Of a stretch of DNA of 32,000 nt, positions 1-8,629 are shown piece after piece. The notes below the pieces were generated by a model. That model was not told the DNA's origin and ran no database searches. It worked only from the letters and a program-made list of their open reading frames with translations. Made by a program: the position numbers and the translations under genes. The stretch comes from Neisseria lisongii (GTDB taxonomy: Bacteria > Pseudomonadota > Gammaproteobacteria > Burkholderiales > Neisseriaceae). Numbering within the stretch: the first letter of the stretch is position 1; the number at the start of each line of letters is the position of its first letter. The stretch is taken from NCBI RefSeq assembly GCF_028463985.1, contig NZ_CP116766.1, forward strand, positions 293,286 to 325,285, in the 5' to 3' direction.

Positions 1-28
1 CAGACGGCCTGTTTTATTCAGCAAGGGT

Positions 29-664
29 TTATGCTTGTTGTTGAATCAGGGCGTGGGTTTTCAGGGTGTCCAGCATGATTCGGATCAGGCGGGGGGCGGC
101 TTCGCTGAGGCGGAAATCCTGTGGTGAGGAGAGCCATTGTTTGATTAAGCCGTCGGTGTTGGATTTGATGAAGATGATGGCAAAATTGATGTCGAGGCTG
201 GCGGGCAATTCGCCTTCCTGAATGCAGGCGTTCAGGATGTCGGTGAGTTTGTCGTGCCAGATGGAATGGTATTTTTGGATAATTGCGGTAATGGCGTGGT
301 TTTTTTCAATGCGTTCGCATTTGAAAAAGAGAATGGTGTAAAACTTGTTGTGGATGTCGTTGTGTTCCAAGCGGGTAAAAAATTTGTCTAACAATTGCTC
401 GAAACTTTGCCAGCTGCTGCTGTTGTTTTGCTGCAAATCGTTCTGCATGCAGTTTTCTATGTCTTGGCAAATGCGTTGGAACAAGGCATCGAAGAGGTCT
501 TCTTTGTTTTTGAAATGCCAGTAGAGTGCGCCCCGGGTTACGCCGGCGGTTTGGGCGATTTCGTTGAGCGAGGTGCGGGCGATGCCTTTGTCGTAGAAGG
601 TTTCAAGGGCGGCCAGCATTAAATGCTCGCGGGTTTTTTGGGCTTCGATTTTGGTTTTTCTCAT
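29..664 (-). CDS. mtrR: TetR-family repressor of the mtrCDE efflux operon (MtrR)
   Basis: 211 aa ORF. The N-terminal HTH (MRKTK...LMLAALETFY.KGIARTSLNEIAQ.AGVTRGALYWHFKNKEDLFDALFQRIC) is near-identical to gonococcal MtrR as I remember it. The gene is divergent from an MFP-RND-OMF operon. Confidence 0.93.
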   Translation of the reverse strand: MRKTKIEAQKTREHLMLAALETFYDKGIARTSLNEIAQTAGVTRGALYWHFKNKEDLFDALFQRICQDIENCMQNDLQQNNSSSWQSFEQLLDKFFTRLEHNDIHNKFYTILFFKCERIEKNHAITAIIQKYHSIWHDKLTDILNACIQEGELPASLDINFAIIFIKSNTDGLIKQWLSSPQDFRLSEAAPRLIRIMLDTLKTHALIQQQA

Positions 665-698
665 TATGGTTACCGTGGTAGTGGTCGCTTAAACGCTT

Positions 699-727
699 AT
701 TATAAAAAATAACTTTCTAACATGCAA
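699..727 (-). promoter_or_regulatory. Candidate sigma70 promoter of mtrR (-35 TTGCAT, 17 bp spacer, -10 TATAAT on the minus strand)
   Basis: The reverse complement of 699-727 reads TTGCAT-N17-TATAAT, about 35 nt upstream of the mtrR ATG at 664. The spacer contains a T6 run. Confidence 0.6.
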
Positions 728-742
728 GGTTGTATGTATAAT
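714..742 (+). promoter_or_regulatory. Candidate mtrCDE promoter overlapping the mtrR promoter (-35 TTTCTA, 17 bp spacer, -10 TATAAT)
   Basis: A perfect TATAAT lies at 737-742 and a weak -35 at 714-719. Overlapping divergent promoters are the known arrangement at the gonococcal mtr locus. Confidence 0.4.
720..737. promoter_or_regulatory. 18 bp imperfect palindrome ACATGCAA-GG-TTGTATGT, a candidate MtrR operator
   Basis: 8 bp arms with one mismatch. It sits between the mtrR -35 and the mtrC -10, a typical size and place for a TetR-family operator. Confidence 0.35.
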
Positions 743-830
743 GGCGGCTTATCATTTCGACTGATGATGTTTTTTCGTGGTTGGCCACGATGTATTGATT
801 GATAACGATAGGAAAAAAATAGGAAAAAAC

Positions 831-2075
831 ATGGTTTTTCATGCTTCTCATAAAACAATGAAGGCGGCGGCTTTGGCCGTCGCCGCTGCTTTGGCGCTGG
901 GCGCTTGCGGCAATAAAGACGAACAGGCAGCCGCTCAGGCGCAGGCTCAACAAGCGCCGGCTCCGGAAGTGGGCGTGGTAACGGTTTACCCGCAAACGGT
1001 GTCGCTGGTAACTGAATTGCCGGGCCGTTTGGAATCGGTGCGTACGGCGCAGGTGCGGGCGCAGGTCGGCGGTATTATCGAAAAACGTTTGTTCCAAGAG
1101 GGCAGCTATGTGCGTGCCGGTCAGCCGCTGTATCAAATCGACAGCTCGACTTACGAAGCGGCTTTGGAAAGTGCCAAGGCGCAACTGGCTTCGGCTGAGG
1201 CGGCATTGTTGAAAGCCGATGCGGATATTGCCCGCTACAAACCTTTGGTTGAGGCGGATGCCATCAGCCGTCAGGAGTTTGATGCGGCGATAACGGCACG
1301 CCGTTCTGCCGAAGCGGGCGTGAAAGCGGCCCGTGCGGCGATTAAGTCGGCCGGTATCAGCCTGCGCCGCAGCCGGATTACGGCACCGATTTCCGGTTTT
1401 ATCGGTCAATCGAATGTGTCGGAAGGTACGCTGGTAAATGCGGGTGATGCAACGGTGTTGGCAACCATTCAGCAAAACAATCCGCTGTATGTCAATGTTA
1501 CCCAGTCTGCCACCGATATTATGCAGCTGCGTCAGGATTTCGCCGAGGGCAAGCTGCAAACGGTGAATGGCGGTATCGAAGTGGGCATTAAGTTTGAAAA
1601 CGGTAAGATGTACAACCAAACCGGCCGCCTGCTGTTTGCCGACCCGACTGTGAATGAATCTACCGGTCAGGTAACGCTGCGTGCGGCAATTCCGAATGAT
1701 GATAATGTATTGCTGCCGGGGCTGTATGTGCGTGTGCTGATGAATCAGGCCGATGTTGCCAATGCGTTTGTCGTGCCGCAGCAGGCGGTAACCCGTGGGG
1801 CGAAAGACACGGTGATGATTGTCAATGCACAAGGCGGTTTGGAGCCTCGTGAGGTAACTGTGGCGCAACAGCAGGGAAGCAACTGGATTATCACTGCCGG
1901 TTTGCAGGACGGCGATAAGGTAGTGGTGGACGGTACGATGATTGCCGGTATGATGGGTGCGAAAAAAGTAACGCCTAAAGAGTGGAAACAGCCGTCTGAA
2001 AATGCCCCTCAAATGCCTGCGGCACATAATCACGCTGCCTCTGAAGCCGAACAGGCTGCTTCCGACAGCAAATAA
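831..2075 (+). CDS. mtrC: RND efflux membrane fusion (periplasmic adaptor) lipoprotein MtrC
   Basis: Start moved to the ATG at 831, with AGGA 6 nt upstream. The N-terminus MVFHASHKTMKAAALAVAAALALGAC carries a lipobox. The body is collinear with gonococcal MtrC (VGVVTV.PQTV...LPGRLES.RTA.VRAQVGGII.KRLFQEGSYVRAGQPLYQIDSSTYEA). Confidence 0.92.
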   Translation: MVFHASHKTMKAAALAVAAALALGACGNKDEQAAAQAQAQQAPAPEVGVVTVYPQTVSLVTELPGRLESVRTAQVRAQVGGIIEKRLFQEGSYVRAGQPLYQIDSSTYEAALESAKAQLASAEAALLKADADIARYKPLVEADAISRQEFDAAITARRSAEAGVKAARAAIKSAGISLRRSRITAPISGFIGQSNVSEGTLVNAGDATVLATIQQNNPLYVNVTQSATDIMQLRQDFAEGKLQTVNGGIEVGIKFENGKMYNQTGRLLFADPTVNESTGQVTLRAAIPNDDNVLLPGLYVRVLMNQADVANAFVVPQQAVTRGAKDTVMIVNAQGGLEPREVTVAQQQGSNWIITAGLQDGDKVVVDGTMIAGMMGAKKVTPKEWKQPSENAPQMPAAHNHAASEAEQAASDSK

Positions 2076-2088
2076 TTGAGGAGGCTGC

Positions 2089-5000
2089 ATGTCTAAGTTT
2101 TTTATTGAGCGGCCCATCTTTGCATGGGTTATCGCCATTTTCATTATCGCCGCCGGCTTTTTCGGGATTAAAAGCCTGCCGATTTCCCAATATCCGTCGG
2201 TGGCATCGCCGACCATTACCCTGACCGCCACTTATCCGGGTGCTTCCGCCAAAGTGATGGAAGACAGCGTATTGTCGGTAATCGAACGCAATATGTATGG
2301 CGTGGACGGTTTGGACTACATGACCACATCTGCCGATTCGAGCGGTAGCGGTTCGGTAACGTTGGCTTTTACGCCGGAAACCAATGAAGATTTGGCGCAG
2401 GTCAATGTGCAGAACAAACTTTCGGAAGTAACCGCTTTGCTGCCGGCGACCGTGCAGCAATACGGCGTAACCGTATCCAAAGCCCGTTCCAACTTCCTGC
2501 AGGTGGTGATGCTCACTTCCGAGAGCCAGTCTGTCGAAGAAATGAACGACTATGCCCAACGCAACGTCGTGCCTGAATTGCAGCGTCTTGACGGCGTGGG
2601 CGGTGTGCGTCTGTTTGGTGCACAGCGTGCGATGCGGATTTGGGTTGATCCGAAGAAACTGGAAAACTTCAATCTCTCGTTTGCCGATGTGTCTGCCGCC
2701 ATCAGCGCCCAAAATGTGCAGATTTCTGCCGGTGCGCTGGGTGCGCTGCCTGCCAACGAAGGCCAGACCATTTCGGCAACCATTACCGCACAAGGCCAGT
2801 TGAGTACGCCTGAAGAATTCGGCAACATCATGCTGCGTTCCAATACCGACGGTTCTAACGTTTATCTGAAAGACGTGGCGAAAATCAGTTTGGGCATGGA
2901 AAACTATGCTACCGCCGCCAAACTCAACGGCTCGACCACCACCGGTATGGCGGTATCGCTGTCCAACAGCGGTAATGCCTTGGCAACGGCTAAAGCGGTG
3001 AAAGCCAAAATGGAAGAGCTGCAAAAATTCTTCCCCGAAGGCATGAAATGGGTGGTGCCTTACGATACGTCCACATTCGTCGATATTTCGATTGAAAAAG
3101 TGATCCAAACGCTGGTAGAAGCCATCGTATTGGTGTTTATCGTGATGTATCTCTTTCTGCAGAATATCCGCTACACCCTGATTCCGACAATTGTGGTGCC
3201 GATTTCCCTGATGGGGGCGTTTGCCGTGATTGCGTATATGGGCATGTCGATTAACGTATTGACCATGTTTGCGATGGTATTGGTGATCGGTATTGTGGTC
3301 GATGATGCCATCGTGGTGGTGGAAAACGTCGAGCGGATTATGGTGGAAGAGGGCTTGTCGCCGAAAGAAGCCACCAAAAAAGCGATGGGACAGATTTCCG
3401 GTGCGGTTATCGGTATTACGGCGGTATTGATGTCGGTATTTGTACCGATGGCGATGTTCAGCGGCGCAACCGGTAATATTTACCGCCAGTTTTCGGTAAC
3501 GATGGTGGCGGCGATTGCATTCTCGGCATTCCTTGCTCTGACGCTGACTCCGGCATTGTGTGCCACCATGCTCAAAGCGATTCCGAAAGGCCATCACGAA
3601 GCGAAAAAAGGCTTTTTCGGCTGGTTTAACCGTAAATTTGACAGCGCAACCCACGGCTACGAAGGCTGGGTGGCAAAAATCCTGCGCAAAACCGGCCGTA
3701 TGGCGGTGGTGTATGTGGCATTGTCGGCCATCGGCGTATTCCTGCTGACCCGCCTGCCGGGATCATTCCTGCCGGAAGAAGACCAAGGCTTTGTGATGGT
3801 GAGCGTGCAACTGCCTGCCGGTGCGACCAAAGAGCGTACCGATGTAACGCTTGATCAGATTACCAAAATCGCCCAATCCATGCCGGAAGTGGAAAACGTA
3901 ATCGGCGTATCCGGTTTCAGTTTCAGCGGTTCGGGTCAGAATATGGCGATGGGCTTTGTGATTCTGAAAGACTGGAGCGAGCGTAATGCACCGGGTAGCA
4001 ATGCGGCGGCGATTGCCGGTAAATTGACCGGTGCCGCTATGGGTACGGTTAAAGACGGTTTTGCGATTGCGATTTCTCCGCCTGCGATTATGGAACTGGG
4101 CAACGCTTCGGGCTTGTCGTTCTACCTGCAAGACCGCACCAACAGCGGCCATGAAGCCTTGCTGGCAAAACGCAACGAATTGATCGGCAAAATGCGTCAA
4201 AGCCCGATTTTCAATCCGCAAACCGTGCGTGCCAGCGGCTTGGAAGATGCGCCGCAACTCAAAATCGACATCAACCGTCAGGCTGCTGCTGCACAAGGCA
4301 TTGATTTTTCCAGTATCCGCAGCGTATTGGGTACGGCATTGGGTGGTTCGTATATCAACGACTTCCCGAATCGGGGCCGTTTGCAGCGGGTGATGGTTCA
4401 GGCTGAAGCCGCCGGCCGTATGCAGCCTGCTGATGTGTTGGCACTGACCGTGCCGAACCGTCAAGGCGTTGCTGTGCCGCTTTCGACTTTTGCGACCGTG
4501 TCTTGGGAAAACGGTATGCAGCAGAGCGTACGTTTCAACGGCTATCCGGCGATGGAGCTGACCGGTGCGCCTGCTCCGGGCCATTCGACCGGTGCCGCTA
4601 TGGTTGCCTTGCAGCAGATGGTTGAAGAATTGGGCGGCGGTTACAGCTTGGAATGGGGCGGCCAGTCTCGCGAAGAGGCGAAAGGCGGTTCGCAAACCAT
4701 GATTCTGTATGCCTTAGCCGGTGCCGCTATTTTCTTGGTATTGGCTGCGCTGTATGAAAGCTGGTCGATTCCGTTGGCGGTGATTCTGGTGATTCCGCTG
4801 GGCTTGATTGGTGCTGCGTTTGGTGTGAGCGGCCGCAATCTGCTTGATGCGCTGTTGGGCGGCATTCCGGCGTATGCCAACGATATTTACTTCCAAGTCG
4901 GTTTTGTAACCGTGATGGGTCTGTCGGCGAAAAATGCGATTCTGATTATCGAGTTTGCCAAAGACTTGCAGGATCAGGGCAAAACGGCGTTGGAAGCAGC

Positions 5001-5289
5001 GCTGAAAGCGGCGAACCTGCGTTTCCGTCCGATTCTGATGACCTCGTTTGCCTTTATTTTGGGCGTAGTGCCGCTGTATCTCGCTTCGGGTGCCAGCTCG
5101 TCCAGCCAGCGTGCCATCGGTACAACGGTATTCTGGGGTATGCTGATCGGCACATTGCTGTCGGTATTCTTGGTGCCGCTGTTTTATGTGGTGGTTCGAG
5201 GCTTCTTCAAAGGCAAACAGCCGACTGAAGCACTCGCAGCCGAAAGCGGCGTGATCGAACACACCGCCGGTAAAAAACGCCATAAGTAA
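2089..5289 (+). CDS. mtrD: RND inner-membrane multidrug efflux transporter MtrD (AcrB family)
   Basis: 1066 aa, MSKFFIERPIFAWVIAIFII..., with 12-TM AcrB architecture. GAGG RBS at 2079-2082. Sits in mtrC-mtrD-mtrE order. Confidence 0.95.
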   Translation: MSKFFIERPIFAWVIAIFIIAAGFFGIKSLPISQYPSVASPTITLTATYPGASAKVMEDSVLSVIERNMYGVDGLDYMTTSADSSGSGSVTLAFTPETNEDLAQVNVQNKLSEVTALLPATVQQYGVTVSKARSNFLQVVMLTSESQSVEEMNDYAQRNVVPELQRLDGVGGVRLFGAQRAMRIWVDPKKLENFNLSFADVSAAISAQNVQISAGALGALPANEGQTISATITAQGQLSTPEEFGNIMLRSNTDGSNVYLKDVAKISLGMENYATAAKLNGSTTTGMAVSLSNSGNALATAKAVKAKMEELQKFFPEGMKWVVPYDTSTFVDISIEKVIQTLVEAIVLVFIVMYLFLQNIRYTLIPTIVVPISLMGAFAVIAYMGMSINVLTMFAMVLVIGIVVDDAIVVVENVERIMVEEGLSPKEATKKAMGQISGAVIGITAVLMSVFVPMAMFSGATGNIYRQFSVTMVAAIAFSAFLALTLTPALCATMLKAIPKGHHEAKKGFFGWFNRKFDSATHGYEGWVAKILRKTGRMAVVYVALSAIGVFLLTRLPGSFLPEEDQGFVMVSVQLPAGATKERTDVTLDQITKIAQSMPEVENVIGVSGFSFSGSGQNMAMGFVILKDWSERNAPGSNAAAIAGKLTGAAMGTVKDGFAIAISPPAIMELGNASGLSFYLQDRTNSGHEALLAKRNELIGKMRQSPIFNPQTVRASGLEDAPQLKIDINRQAAAAQGIDFSSIRSVLGTALGGSYINDFPNRGRLQRVMVQAEAAGRMQPADVLALTVPNRQGVAVPLSTFATVSWENGMQQSVRFNGYPAMELTGAPAPGHSTGAAMVALQQMVEELGGGYSLEWGGQSREEAKGGSQTMILYALAGAAIFLVLAALYESWSIPLAVILVIPLGLIGAAFGVSGRNLLDALLGGIPAYANDIYFQVGFVTVMGLSAKNAILIIEFAKDLQDQGKTALEAALKAANLRFRPILMTSFAFILGVVPLYLASGASSSSQRAIGTTVFWGMLIGTLLSVFLVPLFYVVVRGFFKGKQPTEALAAESGVIEHTAGKKRHK

Positions 5290-5298
5290 ACTTGAAAC

Positions 5299-5332
5299 AG
5301 GCCGTCTGAAAAACGGTTTTTCAGACGGCCTC
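5299..5332. terminator. DUS inverted pair hairpin between mtrD and mtrE
   Basis: AGGCCGTCTGAAAAACGGTTTTTCAGACGGCCT. The arms are two DUS copies in opposite orientation. As it lies inside the operon, it is likely a partial terminator or an RNA-stability element. Confidence 0.55.
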
Positions 5333-5345
5333 AAGGATTAAAAAG

Positions 5346-6773
5346 ATGAAAAAAATCAATTTCACCCCCGCACTCAGCGTTTTGACCGCCGCCGTATTGT
5401 CGGCATGTACGCTGATGCCCAAATACGAGCAGCCGCAGGTTGCCGTGGCTGAAACCTTTAAATACGATGTCGCCGAACCCGGCATTCAGGCAGCGGCTCT
5501 GGGTTGGCAGGATTATTTTGCCGATCCCCGCCTGCACCGCCTGATTGAAACCGCACTCGAACGCAACACCAATTTGCGTGCCGCCGTATTGAATTCGGAA
5601 ATCTACCGCAAACAATACATGATCGAGCGCAATAATTTATTGCCCAGCCTCAACGGCAACGGCAGCGGCACACGTTCCCGCACCGCCGCCGATTTAAGCC
5701 CGACCGGCAGTGCCAACCATACCAACGCCTACACCGTCGGCTTGGGCATTGCCGCTTATGAACTGGACTTGTTCGGCAGAGTACGCAGCAGCAGCGAAGC
5801 CGCCCTGCAAGGCTATTTCAACAGCGCCGCCAACCGTGATGCCGCCCACTTGACGCTGGTGTCGTCCGTTGCCAAAGCCTATTTCAACGAACGCTACGCC
5901 GAAGAAGCCATGGCCTTGGCGCAACGGGTATTGAAAACCCGTGAAGCGACCTACAGCCTGTCTCAGCTGCGCCACAAAGCCGGTGTGATTTCCGCCATCG
6001 ACCTGCGCCAACAGGAAGCCTTGATCGAATCGGCCAAAGCCGACTATGCCAAAGCCGTGCAGGCACGGGAACAGGCACGCAATGCGCTGGTGATGCTGAT
6101 TAACCGTCCGTTGCCGGAAGATTTGCCGCAAGGTTTGCCGCTGAACAAACAATTTAAAATCAGCCGTTTGCCTGCAGGCTTGAGTTCCGAAGTTTTGCTC
6201 AACCGTCCTGACGTGCGTGCCGCCGAATTTGCCCTGAAACAGGCAAACGCCAATATCGGTGCCGCCCGTGCCGCATTCTTCCCGTCCATCAGCCTCACCG
6301 GCACGCTGGGCTTCGGTTCGACCGAACTGGATCAGCTGTTTAGAGGCAGCAACCGCATGTGGTCGTTCGGCCCGGCGATCAACTTGCCGATTTTCAACTG
6401 GGGTACAAACAAAGCCAATCTCGATGTGGCCAAGCTGCGCCAGCAGGCACAAGTTGCCGCCTATGAATCAGCGGTGCAGTCTGCATTCCGAGACGTTTCC
6501 GATGCACTGGTGGCACGCGAACAGCTGGATAAAAACCACACCGCATTGGGCAAACAGAGCCGTGCCTACGCCGACACGCTGCGTTTAGTCAGCCTGCGCT
6601 ACAAACACGGCGTATCCAGCGCCTTGGATTTGCTGGATGCTGAACGCAGCAGCTATGGCGCAGAAACCGCCGTTTTGGCCGCCCAACTGACCCGCTTGGA
6701 AAACATGGCAGACCTGTATAAAGCCTTAGGCGGCGGTTTGAAACGATACACCAACGAAACCGCTACACAATAA
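5346..6773 (+). CDS. mtrE: Outer-membrane efflux channel lipoprotein MtrE (TolC/OprM family)
   Basis: 475 aa with signal and lipobox MKKINFTPALSVLTAAVLSAC. Shows the NodT/OprM-type repeats. Last gene of the mtrCDE operon. Confidence 0.93.
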   Translation: MKKINFTPALSVLTAAVLSACTLMPKYEQPQVAVAETFKYDVAEPGIQAAALGWQDYFADPRLHRLIETALERNTNLRAAVLNSEIYRKQYMIERNNLLPSLNGNGSGTRSRTAADLSPTGSANHTNAYTVGLGIAAYELDLFGRVRSSSEAALQGYFNSAANRDAAHLTLVSSVAKAYFNERYAEEAMALAQRVLKTREATYSLSQLRHKAGVISAIDLRQQEALIESAKADYAKAVQAREQARNALVMLINRPLPEDLPQGLPLNKQFKISRLPAGLSSEVLLNRPDVRAAEFALKQANANIGAARAAFFPSISLTGTLGFGSTELDQLFRGSNRMWSFGPAINLPIFNWGTNKANLDVAKLRQQAQVAAYESAVQSAFRDVSDALVAREQLDKNHTALGKQSRAYADTLRLVSLRYKHGVSSALDLLDAERSSYGAETAVLAAQLTRLENMADLYKALGGGLKRYTNETATQ

Positions 6774-6791
6774 ACCCGAACGGGGTGAAGC

Positions 6792-7115
6792 TATAGTGGA
6801 TTCACTGAATAATCCATACCATTTAATCCGGCACTCGTAGGGTGCGGGCCAAAGCACGCACCTGTTCTGTGCATTTTATGTCGAAGCCGTCTGAAAATCT
6901 GATTTTAGCTTTGCAGAAACTCGTTACCCTCGTTTTAGCGAAACCTTCGGTTTTAGCTGCGCAGAAACTCGCTATGCTTGTTTTCAGACGGCATTCATGG
7001 GGAATTTAGAGAACACGTGCATGCTTTGGCATGCACACTACACACAATTCCCCGTCCCGTTGGCGGGAAGGGTGGTTCACTTGGGTTGTAATATTTTTTT
7101 GGTTAATTCACTATA
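6792..7115. mobile_element. Copy A of a ~310-325 bp nested-palindromic MITE-like repeat with Correia-like termini
   Basis: Termini are TATAGTGGATTCAC ... GTTAATTCACTATA. An inner inverted repeat pairs 6838-6865 with 7014-7042. An internal DUS pair sits at 6886-6895 and 6983-6992. Collinear with 25155-25461. Confidence 0.8.
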
Positions 7116-7147
7116 GGCCGTCTGAAAATCCGATTTTCAGACGGCCT
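7116..7147. terminator. DUS inverted pair hairpin abutting repeat copy A
   Basis: GGCCGTCTGAAAATCCGATTTTCAGACGGCC followed by TTTG. Confidence 0.5.
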
Positions 7148-7202
7148 TTGTCTTATTCACGATATAATGCCAACCTTTTACCAACCCGTTTCCCTTTTTC
7201 TC

Positions 7203-8606
7203 ATGATGAATAAACGCCATCTCTTTTCCGCCTGTCTTGCCCTGTGTTCCCTAAGCGCTTCGGCATGGGATTTCGGGCGGATTCCGCCGGAAGAAGCGGC
7301 GGTGTATGTGCAGCAGCTCGACAACGGCAAAATCTGGGCGGCGCACCGTGAAGATACGCCCGTCAATCCCGCTTCGACCATGAAACTGGTTACGACCTTT
7401 ACCGCCTTGAACATTTTAGGCAGCGATTACCGTTGGAACACCGAATTCAAAAGCAGTGCCAAAATTCAGGGCGATACTTTGGACGGCGATCTGTATTGGC
7501 AGGGCAGCGGCAACCCGACTTTGGAACAGGACGATATTGCCGCAGCGCAGCAGCAGTTGCGGGAACAGGGTATCCGCCATATCAAAGGCAGTCTGGTACT
7601 CGACCGCAGCCTGTGGGGCAGCGTGCCGAATCCCCCCGAATTTGCCGACGATGAGGGCGAAACATTTATGACCCCGCCCGACCCGAATATGCTGGCGTAT
7701 AAAGTGGTGTGGCTCACGCCGCAAACAGACGAAGCGGGCAATGTGCAGATTCACACCAAACCGCCGCTACCCGACATCCCGCAGGACAACCAAGTCCGCC
7801 TGAGCCGCTCTACTGCAGCTTGCCCGTCGCTGGCAAACCATCTGCAGGCAAGGTTTTCAGACGGCATACTGCATCTTACGGGCAATTTACCGAGCGCCTG
7901 CTTGGGCAAAGAAATGTTCGTCAATATGCTGACCGCCCCCGATTTTGCCCGCCGCAGCTTTATCAACCAATGGCGGGAGAACGGCGGCCGCATTTCAGAC
8001 GGCATGGCAGCGGCGGACACCCCGAAACAGGCAAAAACACTGGCCGCCGCCCCATCCAAACCACTTGCGGAAATCCTGACGGCGATGAACAAACATTCCA
8101 ATAATCTGATTGCCCGCTCAGTATTTCTGAAACTGGGCAAAGCCGAGAACGCCCGTACCGCCGCCCGCCAAGCCGCCGAAGCCGTGAAGCAGGAACTGGC
8201 GCTGTCCGGCGTGGACGTGTCGCCCTTAATCTTGGAAAACGGATCGGGCTTGTCCCGCCGCGAGCGGGTGAGTGCCAAAATGATGGGGCAGATGCTGGAA
8301 AAAGCCTATTTCAGCCCGTTTGCCGCCGACTTCATCGACACCTTGCCGATTGCCGGAGAAGACGGCACACTCAAAGGCCGTCTGAAAATCCTAGGCCACC
8401 CGCTGCGCCTGAAAACCGGCACGCTCAAAGACGTGCGTGCGCTCGCAGGCTATTGGTTGGGCGACAAACCGCTGGTCGTCGTCGTGATCATCAACAGCCC
8501 GAAAGCCACGGCATATCTGAAAGATTTGGACAGACTGGTTACGCAGATAGTGAACGAAATCCAAGCAACGCAGGAAAGCGAAACACCGCCGACAGACAGT
8601 AATTAA
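7203..8606 (+). CDS. dacB: D-alanyl-D-alanine carboxypeptidase/endopeptidase, PBP4 family (Neisseria PBP3 type)
   Basis: Start moved to the ATG at 7203, giving the signal peptide MMNKRHLFSACLALCSLSASA. Carries the active-site motifs STMK, SNN and KTG in the right order. Confidence 0.88.
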   Translation: MMNKRHLFSACLALCSLSASAWDFGRIPPEEAAVYVQQLDNGKIWAAHREDTPVNPASTMKLVTTFTALNILGSDYRWNTEFKSSAKIQGDTLDGDLYWQGSGNPTLEQDDIAAAQQQLREQGIRHIKGSLVLDRSLWGSVPNPPEFADDEGETFMTPPDPNMLAYKVVWLTPQTDEAGNVQIHTKPPLPDIPQDNQVRLSRSTAACPSLANHLQARFSDGILHLTGNLPSACLGKEMFVNMLTAPDFARRSFINQWRENGGRISDGMAAADTPKQAKTLAAAPSKPLAEILTAMNKHSNNLIARSVFLKLGKAENARTAARQAAEAVKQELALSGVDVSPLILENGSGLSRRERVSAKMMGQMLEKAYFSPFAADFIDTLPIAGEDGTLKGRLKILGHPLRLKTGTLKDVRALAGYWLGDKPLVVVVIINSPKATAYLKDLDRLVTQIVNEIQATQESETPPTDSN

Positions 8607-8629
8607 ACAGAATTTATTATGCAGAAAAC

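Noticed and set aside
777-830. N-terminal extensions proposed by the ORF track at 777, 7167, 12498, 16659, 21789, 25694 and 30133.
   Set aside because: In each case an internal ATG with a good RBS gives the conserved N-terminus or signal peptide. The extensions run through promoters, repeats or upstream genes.
717-2231. 504 aa minus-strand ORF antisense to mtrC. Similar long antisense or shadow ORFs occur at 1975-3654, 3763-4695, 4714-5334 and 5694-6452.
   Set aside because: They lie opposite strongly recognisable mtrC, mtrD and mtrE coding sequence. Their products are Arg/His/Gly-rich and low in complexity, as expected of shadow frames in GC-rich genes.
7031-7213. Small ORFs inside or across repeats and DUS hairpins (7031-7213, 9091-9342, 9373-9558, 21430-21672, 24935-25141).
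   Set aside because: They read through palindromic repeat elements or terminators and lack an RBS. Their sequence is better explained as non-coding repeat DNA.
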